NCBI GenBank assembly: GCA_029856155.1
Contig: JAHQWL010000081.1
Coordinates: 45,637 to 109,636, forward strand
Direction: 5' to 3'
Length of the DNA stretch: 64,000 nt
Source: Promethearchaeia archaeon
GTDB lineage: Archaea; Asgardarchaeota; Lokiarchaeia; Sigyniarchaeales; SOKP01
This document shows, in pieces, positions 42,704-53,151 of this stretch. The notes under the pieces are model-generated. The model made no database searches, was not told the origin of the DNA, and saw only the letters and a program-made list of their open reading frames with translations. Made by a program: the position numbers and the translations under genes. Positions within the stretch are counted from its first letter, which is position 1, and each line of letters starts with the position of its first letter.

Positions 42704-43717
42704 ATGAAAGAAGTTTATCCCGGTATTTTTCTAATAAAGGAAAAAGGGACATCTGGAGCAATAAAACCACCGGAAAATATATATGTGTTAGCTGGTTCAG
42801 ATGGTATCATTTTTGATGCGGGATACGGAACTAAAAAAGCTATAAAGCACTTAATCACAGAATTAAAAAAAATTGAAGAAATCTATAAAGAACAAAATGA
42901 AGAGTTTAAGCTTACAAGAATCATCGTATCTCATTGCCACCCCGATCATTTTAGTGGATTAAAGCGAATAAGAGAGGCATTAGGAATAAAAATATCTCTT
43001 ACAAAAAAAAGTGCTGAAATTATAAAAGACAAAAAAAGTTTTATTAAAAGTTTTGAAACAGATGCATATAAAGACTATATGAGAGTGAGGAAAAACATAA
43101 CTCGAAGAATAATAAATGTATTAAGAAATGTTGGTTCGAGATTATTTTATCAACGCATATACGGTGTTTCTTATATAGATGATCCGGAGGAAATCCTTGA
43201 TGAAAATGAAGATATCATAATAAATGGTGAGGTATGGCAAATTTTTCCCTCACCAGGACATGCTATAGACCATATATCTCTTTATAATAAGGAAAAAGGT
43301 ATTTTATTCTCTGGAGATAATATTTTAAGGAGTATAACTACTTGGCTTGGACCTCCAAATTGTGATATATCAGAATATATAAAATCTATTGAAATGATTC
43401 AGAACTTACCTAATCTTAAATTAATATTAGCAGCTCATGGAAGTCCTATAGAAAATCCAAAAGAACGAATTGCAGAGATCTTAACACATAGAAAAGAACG
43501 GGAGAAACAAGTACTTTATATAATTTATGAGAATTCAGACAATGGAATCTCTCCAAAAGATATAATTAAAGCTATCTATCCAAAGGATAGTAGATTTCTC
43601 CATCAAGTTGCTCGTGGCTGGATAGTATTAACTTTAAAAATGCTAGAAGAAAAGAATTTAATAAAACGACAAGACACGAAAAAAAAGATAATATTTTTCC
43701 CTATCAATAAGGATTAG
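42704..43717 (+). CDS. MBL-fold hydrolase with C-terminal winged helix
   Basis: SHCHPDH, PGH, FSGD and AHG. Confidence 0.88.
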   Translation: MKEVYPGIFLIKEKGTSGAIKPPENIYVLAGSDGIIFDAGYGTKKAIKHLITELKKIEEIYKEQNEEFKLTRIIVSHCHPDHFSGLKRIREALGIKISLTKKSAEIIKDKKSFIKSFETDAYKDYMRVRKNITRRIINVLRNVGSRLFYQRIYGVSYIDDPEEILDENEDIIINGEVWQIFPSPGHAIDHISLYNKEKGILFSGDNILRSITTWLGPPNCDISEYIKSIEMIQNLPNLKLILAAHGSPIENPKERIAEILTHRKEREKQVLYIIYENSDNGISPKDIIKAIYPKDSRFLHQVARGWIVLTLKMLEEKNLIKRQDTKKKIIFFPINKD

Positions 43718-43864
43718 ATTATCCATATCCTTAATTAGTTTACACATTCTTATACTTATTTCTAAATTAATAATAAGATTCTATTAACTGGAGGTCAATT
43801 TAATATTATAAAAATCTTACAGCGATATAGCTTTTAAAAATAATTAATCTAGAGTTTTTATAAT

Positions 43865-46018
43865 ATGCAAAAAGAGCTTAATCAATATTTAAATGGACCG
43901 TTCTTAAAAAAAAATCAGATATTTTGGAGAGATTATCAAAAAAATGTTGTTAATAGCTGTAAAAATAAAAATTCTTTAGTAGTTCTACCAACAGGTTTAG
44001 GAAAAACAATAATTGGCATTTTATTAGTATCTACTTGTTTGAAAAAATATCCTAAAGCAAAAATTATTATTCTTGCTCCGACACGGCCCTTAGTTTCACA
44101 ACATAAAGCTTCATGTGAGCAATTTCTTGATATTAAGTTGGAAGAAATTACCTCATTTACGGGAAGAATCTCTCCAGAAAAAAGAATGTTATCATTTGAA
44201 AGCTCAAGAATTATAATTTCTACTCCCCAAGTAATAAAAAATGATTTGTTGAGGGGTAGATATGGATTATCTCAGGTCGCTCTAATTATTTTCGATGAGG
44301 CTCATAAAACTAAGGGAAATTATGCCTATAATTTTATTTCAGAAGAATATATTAATACGTGTAAAGATCCCCTAATCTTAGGATTAACTGCCTCACCCGG
44401 AAAAGATTATGAACGCATCCAGCAGATATGTGATAACTTGTATATAGAGAATATTATTTTTAAAACTTATCAAGATAAAGATGTTAAAGATTACATTCAT
44501 GATATCGATGTTTTCATAAATCTAATTGATTTACCGATTAAAGTGAGGGAATTAAGTGCTGTTTGGTACAATTTATTCGAAAAATTCTTAAGATTTTTTA
44601 TTAAAAATAACCTCATTCCTCCAAATAAAGCATTTTATTCAAAATTAGATTTTTTGGGAATTTCTCGTGATTTAACATTTTCTTTACACTATGAAAAAGG
44701 AAATGAATTCGATTTATCTGAGGATGAATATTTGGAAAGTCTATATTACAAATCTCCAAAGATTATTGATATTGTTAAAGAAAATCAACTTGATATCCCT
44801 TCTGTATACTCCTATTGTTCAAGTTGTATATCCATACTTCACGCTAAAGATTTACTGGAAACACAAGATATTTCTCTTTTTAAATCTTTTCTAGATAAAA
44901 TAAAATATAAAGCAAGCAGAGATATCTTATCTGCTAAAAGAATTATAAATTCAGAGCATTTTGATCACATAAATTCTGTAATTGAAAATGAAGAGCAAAG
45001 TAATCTATCTCATCCTAAATTAAGAAAGGTTACTTCCATCATTAAAGAGGAAATTAAAGAATTTAGCAATAAAAAAATCCTAATTTTTACTCAATACCGG
45101 GAAATGGCAGAATTTCTTAAGAATAAGCTACAAAAAGAATTTAATGAACAACTAAATATTGAAAAATTTATTGGTCAAACAACTAAAAAAGATGATTGTG
45201 GATTTCCACAAAGGCTACAAATAGAAATATTACATAAATTTAGAGAGGGAGGTATACACATATTAATTGCCACAAGTGTTGCTGAAGAAGGATTAGATAT
45301 CCCCAATGTGGATGCTATTATATTTTTTGAACCTATCCCTTCAGAAATAAGGTTAATTCAAAGACGAGGAAGAACTGGAAGATATGCGCCTGGAAGATGC
45401 TATATACTTGTTACAGAAGAAAGCGTTGATATACCATTTCATATTGTTGCAAGACGAAAAGAACATTCAATGAACTCTGTTTTATCTAATCCTCAACAGT
45501 TAACATTAGTAAGTGGATTGGAACGCGAAAAAATTGATTTCTCTGTTAAAAATGATAAATCTACTGGCTCTCAAGTTGTTAAAAATTTTAGAGAAAGAAG
45601 GGACTTAGAGCAAATCTATTTAGCAAATCGCGCTATTGAAGAAATTATTACACAGATTGATAAATTTTGTAATAGTGAAGAATACAAGAATCTCAAGGAT
45701 AGTGGCATTATTTTTTTTTCAGATATAATAAATATCGATGAACAACATTTGCGCCAGAAAATAACTAAATTGAAAAAAAGAAGAATCAAACCTCCTACTA
45801 AACAAAAAGTTTATTTAAATAAACACGTAAAGTCATTGATAAATTTGGTTAAAATTTATGGCGTGAATGGAAGATTAGATTATACTGAATTTCAGAAACT
45901 TGCACGCGATGAGGAAATAGTTGACCAGAAGTTTACCATTCATTTCAATCAAGCATGCTTTTTAGGATATCTTGAAAAACTAGATGATTGTGTCCATTTT
46001 GTCATGGATTATGATTAA
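43865..46018 (+). CDS. hef: Hef/FANCM(Mph1)-like DEAH helicase, no evident nuclease domain
   Basis: LPTGLGKT, DEAH, LTASPG, ATSVAEEGLDIP and QRRGRTGR. Confidence 0.9.
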   Translation: MQKELNQYLNGPFLKKNQIFWRDYQKNVVNSCKNKNSLVVLPTGLGKTIIGILLVSTCLKKYPKAKIIILAPTRPLVSQHKASCEQFLDIKLEEITSFTGRISPEKRMLSFESSRIIISTPQVIKNDLLRGRYGLSQVALIIFDEAHKTKGNYAYNFISEEYINTCKDPLILGLTASPGKDYERIQQICDNLYIENIIFKTYQDKDVKDYIHDIDVFINLIDLPIKVRELSAVWYNLFEKFLRFFIKNNLIPPNKAFYSKLDFLGISRDLTFSLHYEKGNEFDLSEDEYLESLYYKSPKIIDIVKENQLDIPSVYSYCSSCISILHAKDLLETQDISLFKSFLDKIKYKASRDILSAKRIINSEHFDHINSVIENEEQSNLSHPKLRKVTSIIKEEIKEFSNKKILIFTQYREMAEFLKNKLQKEFNEQLNIEKFIGQTTKKDDCGFPQRLQIEILHKFREGGIHILIATSVAEEGLDIPNVDAIIFFEPIPSEIRLIQRRGRTGRYAPGRCYILVTEESVDIPFHIVARRKEHSMNSVLSNPQQLTLVSGLEREKIDFSVKNDKSTGSQVVKNFRERRDLEQIYLANRAIEEIITQIDKFCNSEEYKNLKDSGIIFFSDIINIDEQHLRQKITKLKKRRIKPPTKQKVYLNKHVKSLINLVKIYGVNGRLDYTEFQKLARDEEIVDQKFTIHFNQACFLGYLEKLDDCVHFVMDYD

Positions 46019-46069
46019 ATGCTTACAAATTAAATATGTCATAAATCTAAAACAAGAAAAATTCGATTA

Positions 46070-49000
46070 TTAATTTATTTTCTCCTCTTTTCCCTTTCTA
46101 AAAAAGTATAAAACCAAAATAATGGTAGTAATAATTGCAGGAAACGCAAATATTGCGGGATTGCCTCCACTGAAAAGGAATAGATAATATGAAATTGTTA
46201 CAATTGAAGCAAAAAAAGCTATAATACTCCCATATTGGCTCGCAAAATTTTTTAGATGTCGTAGCATCATATTGACTTTATAATTTGTGCTTTTGATTAC
46301 TTCTAATTCTGTTTCATCAATTTCATCTAAAACTTCTGGATTTTCATAATAAATAGACAATACTGGATTATATTTACCATTTAATTTTCCAGCACTGATT
46401 AAAAATAATAAATGGTCTTGGATATTTTGTTTTTTTATTTTTAACTCATTATTCAAAAACCCTACTGTCAAATATTCGTTTGCTACAGCCTTTATAGTCA
46501 TATCAATGTAGGATTTTAATATTAAACGTTCTAACGCTTTCACTTTTTCGTTTAAAATCTCAGAATATTCATCTATAAAGTTATTAAAGTCTTCTAAAAT
46601 AAATTTCGATATTTGATTAAAGTTTTTAGATTGTTTAGAAAAATCCTTGAATTTCGCTTCAACACTTTTTTTAATCTCTTTTATCTCTGAATCAATTGTC
46701 TTAGCTCTCCTTTGGATCAAAATATTGCTTTTCTTAAATTCTTTGATTTCTATATTATCTTCTACTTTTCTTTCTAAATTTCCAAGTAATTGGCTTAAAT
46801 TTATCTTATTTTTATTAATTAAAGTTAATAATTGTTCACGGTATGATTCATTCTTCATTGCTACTATCTGATCACTAATTTTTTGTATCTTGTTGTTATA
46901 CTCATTAACGAAATTATTTTTGGCTTTTACATATAACTCTCTAATTTCAGGTACTAGTTTAGCTAAATCGCCCGATTTGTGTAATAAGGCATTTATTTTG
47001 TGTTCAATTTTATCTTGAGATTGTTTTAGATTCTCCTTAAAAATAAGTTTTTTATTTACAAATGTTTCTTGAATTTTAATATAATTCTCATAACCTTCGG
47101 TTTTTTTAAAAACTTTAGCAATATATCCCTTTAATTCAGTATTGAGAGAGTTAAATTGTTGTTCGATGAAGATATGTTTTTTATTGAATTGATTTAAACC
47201 GTGTTTAATATTATTTATAGCACTTCTTTCATTTTCTAAAATAGATTCAAAATATTTTTTAGATTCAAGGAATTCTTCTCGTTCTTGATTAATTTGAAGT
47301 TCTTTTACCTTTTCATAGAATTGTTTTGGTAGTACTTCTTTAAAAATTCTTAAATCATTGATTCTATTTTGAAGTTCTAACATATTTACATTCAATGTTC
47401 TATTCCTAATACTCGAATCATATAAGGCAAGAATTTTTCCAATTCTTTCCCTATTTAGTTTTAATAAATTATTATCAATATAATTCTTGAGTTCTTTATT
47501 TAAATAATAATACTTTGTGTACACCAAAATGGTTTTTTCCTTATCGTCAAGTTCCGCATTAATTTTAGATATATCGATCATAGCTTTTAATTTATTTATA
47601 AGAACTTTACATGATAAGTTGACTTCTTTCTTCAAATCCACTAATTTAATGTTATTCGTTTTTTTCTCGACAATTATTGCACTTATTTTATTTGAAATGA
47701 TATTATTTATGAGATCATCTTTCAAGAGAGATATTTCATTTATAAAATAGTTATTGAATTTTTCCCATTGGATTATGCTTAATTCTGACTCCTCTTTAAA
47801 ATTCTCTCTATATTTAACACATTCATTTAGTTTTTTTTGGTAAGTCTTATTTATCTTATTAAAATTAGATTCAAGAGTGTCAAATTCATTCATTATAGCT
47901 TCAATTTTTAGATTAGTTGAATTTTCTATATTACTTTTGACACCATTTAGTTGAGATTTAAATTTAACAATCTCTTGAGAGACAAAATTATCAAAATCTT
48001 CTATTCTCGATCGATTTCTTTCTTCAATAATTTTATTCTTTAAAATTTTTACTTGGTTTGCAATTAATTCAATTACATTAGTTTCTAACTTTTCTACCTT
48101 TTCTTGAAGGTGACGATAAAGTAAAGAAAGCTTTTGTTTTCTTTTGATTTCTAGTTTTATTGTTGATTGAAGTTCTTTAATTTCATTTAGCCTTTCATTC
48201 ATTAGAAAATCTGATTCTTTTTTGGTAATATTGAAAGCATCCTGAAACTTATTTTCTAAAATTTTACTTTTAGCTTTTTCTTCAATTTCTTTTATATCAG
48301 TCTCTATTCTATTATTGATCTCTTCAATTTTTTGTTGGTTAATGTTAAAAAATTGGAAACCATCTGTATAATAATTAAAATCTTCATCGAATTTTTCTTT
48401 AATTCTTATCCAATTATCTATTACTTTCTTATGTTTCTTAACTATTTTTCTTTCTTTAGTTGTAACCTGTTGAGATACATTATAAATAATTTTATCATAT
48501 TTCCTTACATTTTGAGATATTTTATCCAAATCATACATTATAAGATTGACTTTTTCACCATCATACTCCTTTTCTAGAGTTTCACAAAAAATCTTTCTAA
48601 ATGAGTCTATTTTTTTATCTAAATCTTCTTCTATGATTCTTATTTTTTCTTTAAGAGTTTCTAATAGATTATTTAAATTTCTTACTTCTTCTTTTTCCTG
48701 AATTTTACTTTTCAGATATGAATCTACTTCAGTTAACCTTTTTTGCAGAACTGAGTATAATTTTTTCCAATTTGAGATTTCTGAACCTAAACTAGCTTGT
48801 ATATTAACATAATTAAGTTCTTCATAGAATGAGTTTTCAATATTTTCATTTAAAAAATCCGCTTCCATTAAGGCATCCCTTATTACAAATTTTAATCTCT
48901 GTTTAGCATAGTCGATCTCATTAATTAGAAGATAACTTTCTATTTCTTCTCGTATCTGAGAAGTAATACCCTCTAATTTCAAAGTCATATTATAAATATC

Positions 49001-50539
49001 ATTCTTTATATCCACCAATTTCTCTTTTTCTTCAAATAATCTTTCCACATTTAGATCCATGTCAGATACGATTATATTTTTAAAAAGATAATTCAAATAG
49101 AAGAAATATTTTGTTTTGATACCTAAAAAGACTTTTTTTGTTCTTATATTTCCATTAAAAAATCTTTTCTCAACCATATCTCTAATAATGGGAAAGATTT
49201 CTTCCTTTAATTTCAATGGTTCATTATGGAGAGTTCTATACCTTTTAAAAAGATCGGAAAGAGAAACTATGCTATTATTTAACAGTTTTTCATAGAATTC
49301 TTGAAAAAATACTTTTTTACCATAGCTAAAATTACTAATATAATTCTTGAATTCAGTCTCATTGTTTAGAACGCATAAATTAAAATTATAGTTAAGATTA
49401 ATATATGAAATAAGTTCATCTATATATTCTTCTAAACCAAAAGTGGTTTTAAGTTGATTTATATCAATAAATTTTTCCTTTTCTAATTGCTTAAAAAGTA
49501 ACCTCTCAATTTCATCAATAAATTTCTTCCAAACCAAGGATAAAAGAATTATTAACTTTGAAGCTTCACTCAATTTATCAGAATCCAAAATAGTTTGATT
49601 ATCTAATATTAAATTTAGTTTTTTATTTATAAAAGAAAAAACTCCAGCGGGATTATAATCTAAAATCCAAGAATATAATTCAAGAGTATAAACAAGCCAA
49701 AAAGTTATTTCAATATTATCCATTTGATTAAAACTAAAACCACCACTTTCTTTTTGTAATTGTTGAAGGAATTGAATTTCTTTTTCTTTTACTTCTAAGT
49801 CGAGATCCAAATACTTAAGACAAAGAAATCTGAAAATTAACGAAGGACCTCTTTTTTTATCACCGAGATATAAGCCAAATTGGTCTCTATTAACGCGAAC
49901 ATCAATACAAAGAAGAGAGAAGATTTCTAGAACATAATACAACGTCTGAGCGGAGGTGATGTTCTTATCAATATAACACTCTTTATCTTGACAGTGTAAG
50001 AATTTATTACCCTTTTTAAGTGACAATACAAAATTTTTAATTTCTCCTTTAATTTGGTCAGGTTCTTTAGAAAAGAGATATTGTTTTAATAATCCTAAAT
50101 TCTTAAGGCAAGATAAAGCTAAATAGGTGGAGTGGAGATCAGGAATATTTTCCGAATGTGGAGAGCGTTTAAATCCTAACTGTTCATATTGTTGAATTTC
50201 ACAATTCTTTATATAATCAAAGATTTCATCTCTATGAAATGTTTTTTCTTGTTTAAGGTATTTCCTAAGTAAAAGAAACCAAAAAATTGTCTCTAAATTT
50301 AAATTAGGGTCTTTTAATAAGTTTTGATTATAATATTGATAGAAATCAACTAATCTATTATGCTCAATATAATAAAAATTCCTTATCTCTTTTCTCTTTA
50401 CTCTTATAAAAGATTTAAATGGTTCTTTTTTAAAAGTTGTTATGTATGGATAAGCAGATTTCTCTTCCACATTAAGCAATATTAAACAATTCCCGACAAT
50501 GTTTATTCTGTTTTTTGTAATTAATGAAAATCTATACAT
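46070..50539 (-). CDS. Giant protein: prenyltransferase-beta-like barrel, winged-helix repeats, coiled coils, C-terminal TM hairpin
   Basis: FLQQLQKESGGF and PDLHSTYLALSCL repeats; PCI-like segments; two C-terminal hydrophobic helices. The start may be somewhat downstream. Confidence 0.65.
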   Translation of the reverse strand: MYRFSLITKNRINIVGNCLILLNVEEKSAYPYITTFKKEPFKSFIRVKRKEIRNFYYIEHNRLVDFYQYYNQNLLKDPNLNLETIFWFLLLRKYLKQEKTFHRDEIFDYIKNCEIQQYEQLGFKRSPHSENIPDLHSTYLALSCLKNLGLLKQYLFSKEPDQIKGEIKNFVLSLKKGNKFLHCQDKECYIDKNITSAQTLYYVLEIFSLLCIDVRVNRDQFGLYLGDKKRGPSLIFRFLCLKYLDLDLEVKEKEIQFLQQLQKESGGFSFNQMDNIEITFWLVYTLELYSWILDYNPAGVFSFINKKLNLILDNQTILDSDKLSEASKLIILLSLVWKKFIDEIERLLFKQLEKEKFIDINQLKTTFGLEEYIDELISYINLNYNFNLCVLNNETEFKNYISNFSYGKKVFFQEFYEKLLNNSIVSLSDLFKRYRTLHNEPLKLKEEIFPIIRDMVEKRFFNGNIRTKKVFLGIKTKYFFYLNYLFKNIIVSDMDLNVERLFEEKEKLVDIKNDIYNMTLKLEGITSQIREEIESYLLINEIDYAKQRLKFVIRDALMEADFLNENIENSFYEELNYVNIQASLGSEISNWKKLYSVLQKRLTEVDSYLKSKIQEKEEVRNLNNLLETLKEKIRIIEEDLDKKIDSFRKIFCETLEKEYDGEKVNLIMYDLDKISQNVRKYDKIIYNVSQQVTTKERKIVKKHKKVIDNWIRIKEKFDEDFNYYTDGFQFFNINQQKIEEINNRIETDIKEIEEKAKSKILENKFQDAFNITKKESDFLMNERLNEIKELQSTIKLEIKRKQKLSLLYRHLQEKVEKLETNVIELIANQVKILKNKIIEERNRSRIEDFDNFVSQEIVKFKSQLNGVKSNIENSTNLKIEAIMNEFDTLESNFNKINKTYQKKLNECVKYRENFKEESELSIIQWEKFNNYFINEISLLKDDLINNIISNKISAIIVEKKTNNIKLVDLKKEVNLSCKVLINKLKAMIDISKINAELDDKEKTILVYTKYYYLNKELKNYIDNNLLKLNRERIGKILALYDSSIRNRTLNVNMLELQNRINDLRIFKEVLPKQFYEKVKELQINQEREEFLESKKYFESILENERSAINNIKHGLNQFNKKHIFIEQQFNSLNTELKGYIAKVFKKTEGYENYIKIQETFVNKKLIFKENLKQSQDKIEHKINALLHKSGDLAKLVPEIRELYVKAKNNFVNEYNNKIQKISDQIVAMKNESYREQLLTLINKNKINLSQLLGNLERKVEDNIEIKEFKKSNILIQRRAKTIDSEIKEIKKSVEAKFKDFSKQSKNFNQISKFILEDFNNFIDEYSEILNEKVKALERLILKSYIDMTIKAVANEYLTVGFLNNELKIKKQNIQDHLLFLISAGKLNGKYNPVLSIYYENPEVLDEIDETELEVIKSTNYKVNMMLRHLKNFASQYGSIIAFFASIVTISYYLFLFSGGNPAIFAFPAIITTIILVLYFFRKGKEEKIN

Positions 50540-50709
50540 TTATTTTTTTGGAAACAAAATTGTAAGAATTAGGGAAACTTCTACACGAAGAATTTATGAA
50601 AAATAAATTGATATTAATTGCTTCAATTTATTGGAGTTTAGTGTAAATGAGATCCACGAGAATAAAATATCTAAATATTAAAAATCTTCCTTAAGTTTTT
50701 CTTTTTTTC

Positions 50710-51321
50710 TCATGATGCTCTAAATCTCCATTTTCTATTTATATACACCATTATTGCAGCAAAAATGAACGATACGGCTATTATATAAAGAACTACGTTT
50801 AATATCGGCGGTCCAGTAGATATACTTACAGTCAAATAAAAATATACAGACCAACTATAATTTTCATTTGGAGAAGAATCTTTGGCCCAAACTTTAATTT
50901 TATAAATATTATAATTTGGATATAAACTAATATTATTCCAATTAAAATTCCAGAGACTTCCTCCTTCCTGGTTCATTAAGGCATTAAATAAGACGTTTGT
51001 ATTATTTGAGATTTGAATAGTAACATTTCCATATGAAGGAAGATTATCATCACTAATATTAACGATGAATGTATAAGAATTTCGATTTATAATTGTAAAA
51101 TTATCAGATGGTTGAATAAAGGTAATAATTGGCACTGTTGTATCATTAACAGGAGCTTGAGTAAATAATAACCCTTCATAATTGTCCAGATTGTTTTCTG
51201 TTTCTTTCAGATTACCTAGATTAATGTAAAAATGAGCAATTGATATTATTAAAAAAAGGGTTATAAAAATAGTTAATTTAGGAATAACAGTTTTTTTAAA
51301 CTCCTTATACACAATTTTCAT
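50710..51321 (-). CDS. Surface protein with Ig-like domain between N- and C-terminal TM helices
   Basis: DTTVPIITF..P and YKIKVWAKDS..N; C-terminal TM followed by RKWRFR; many NxS/T sequons. Confidence 0.75.
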   Translation of the reverse strand: MKIVYKEFKKTVIPKLTIFITLFLIISIAHFYINLGNLKETENNLDNYEGLLFTQAPVNDTTVPIITFIQPSDNFTIINRNSYTFIVNISDDNLPSYGNVTIQISNNTNVLFNALMNQEGGSLWNFNWNNISLYPNYNIYKIKVWAKDSSPNENYSWSVYFYLTVSISTGPPILNVVLYIIAVSFIFAAIMVYINRKWRFRAS

Positions 51322-51471
51322 TGTAATCTTTCATAGCTTTTATATTAAATTAGAATAAATTCTACTTAATTTAAATTTAAGTGAAGAATATCGAATCTGT
51401 TTAGAAATATTTATCGAATCAAATAATAGAGTTAAAATGTTAAAAAAATGGAGAATATTAAGATAATTTGT

Positions 51472-52965
51472 TTATAATTGAGGATTTCCGTTAAACCCCC
51501 AACTATCCTTAATCCCTAAATTATCATGAATTAAAGGTGCTTGAATCTCATCTATAGCTTTCATTTGTCCAGAAGGGATGAAGTTTTTTGAAAAGTTAAA
51601 TGCAGCTCCAATAGATTGCCCTTGATTTAATTGATTCCAAAATTGATGAAAAAACCATGAACCTGCAAAACCATCAGCATTTGCATTATCTCGCCAATAC
51701 CATGAAAAAATATCTGTGGTTGATGTGATTAATATAGAATTAGGAATATCATACCAGCTTAATCCTATACTTGAATTTTGGTTTAAGAAATTCCCACTGA
51801 AGCAAATATCAATGTTTATTAAAATACGTCTACAACTTATATGTTTAGCTAGATTAATAAATTCAAATTCCGTAATATAATCGTTGTCAGCTTCGAAATG
51901 AAATGTTGCATTTCCATCTCCAAGGATTTTGTTGGAACCATGGTCTACCATATAAATTATTAATTGATCTTTTGGTCTAATGTTTGATGCAAATGAACCA
52001 GAAATTGATACATTTAATTCTTGTTTGAATCTACTTGAATTCACATCGTTATTTTCTACATCAATGATAGCTCCAGTTAAATCATTTGATATTCCATCAT
52101 ATGCATTTACATCGATAATATCGTCATTTGTATGGTAGAGCATTAAAAAGATATTATCATCAGTATATCCATGATTCTTTAAAATCCAATAGACTTGAAG
52201 TGCTTGAGCAGGAAAACCATCTGAATCTATATTACTTGGCGGAGGGCTTGGAATGGGAGGAGGAAACCAATATTCTACTTTTACATCATCAAAAAGAACC
52301 ATATCAGTACCAGTCATATTCCCTTCAACTGCTAGCACTAGATGTAATTGAGTTATTTCATATTTAGTAGAATTATCAGCTATACCAGTTGAATTTAGGA
52401 AAGTCCATCCTGAGAAAGTATCAAAAATCCCTTTTGACCAATCAGTTCTTACTACATCATTGCTAGAATTTAACCAACGTAATCCTATTCGTGCTCCTGC
52501 CCCTGTAGGTATTATCGTAGCGGGTGTCCATCCATTAGTGGTGATATTAACCCACGCAGAAAGATTATATGCGGCATATTTAAATAATGGATAAAATTTT
52601 GTCCAATTGTATACAAACTCCATATTAACATATTTGGAAGTAGCAGGAGCAGTTACAATCAATTGTACAACTCCCGGAGTATCATGACCGGGTATAGTAA
52701 TATCTACTGCACCATATCCATTAGGATTAAAACTTCCCTCCCAGTTAGTTGTTTCATTATCAAATTTTCCCTCATCAAAATCAGGTTCACCATCCTTCCT
52801 ATAAAAATCATTTGCACTACAAAGAATAATTGCCTTCCGTTCTCCTGGAACTTTTTTACTTCGCATTATAGGTATATACATTATCCATAAAGAAAGAACC
52901 AAACCTATACTTATAAAAAAAACAACTAAAGGAATATATCTCATTACACTTTTCTTTAAATTCAT
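51472..52965 (-). CDS. Clan CD cysteine peptidase, C13 (legumain/Gpi8)-like, with inserted CBM-like domain
   Basis: YWILKNHGYTDDNI; IIYMVDHG and INIDICFSG His-Cys dyad; N-terminal TM. Confidence 0.8.
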   Translation of the reverse strand: MNLKKSVMRYIPLVVFFISIGLVLSLWIMYIPIMRSKKVPGERKAIILCSANDFYRKDGEPDFDEGKFDNETTNWEGSFNPNGYGAVDITIPGHDTPGVVQLIVTAPATSKYVNMEFVYNWTKFYPLFKYAAYNLSAWVNITTNGWTPATIIPTGAGARIGLRWLNSSNDVVRTDWSKGIFDTFSGWTFLNSTGIADNSTKYEITQLHLVLAVEGNMTGTDMVLFDDVKVEYWFPPPIPSPPPSNIDSDGFPAQALQVYWILKNHGYTDDNIFLMLYHTNDDIIDVNAYDGISNDLTGAIIDVENNDVNSSRFKQELNVSISGSFASNIRPKDQLIIYMVDHGSNKILGDGNATFHFEADNDYITEFEFINLAKHISCRRILINIDICFSGNFLNQNSSIGLSWYDIPNSILITSTTDIFSWYWRDNANADGFAGSWFFHQFWNQLNQGQSIGAAFNFSKNFIPSGQMKAIDEIQAPLIHDNLGIKDSWGFNGNPQL

Positions 52966-53151
52966 ACGACTTCACTTAATCTTAATTTGATTTCAAATTT
53001 TAAATAATCATCATATTTAAAGTACTTATAAAGTAGAATAACACATGTTTTTAATTTAAATCTTACTTCTCTGCTTTATTTAAAACTAAATTTCAAAGAA
53101 AAGACTTGGTATAAAAAAAGTAAAAAAAATAAATTTAAACGAGTTTTTTTC

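Noticed and set aside
29188-50539. A complete CaaX prenylation system (Rce1-like protease, prenyltransferase-like barrel, CDCS-ending protein)
   Set aside because: The genes are unlinked, CPBP proteases are ubiquitous, and neither an alpha subunit nor catalytic ligands are evident
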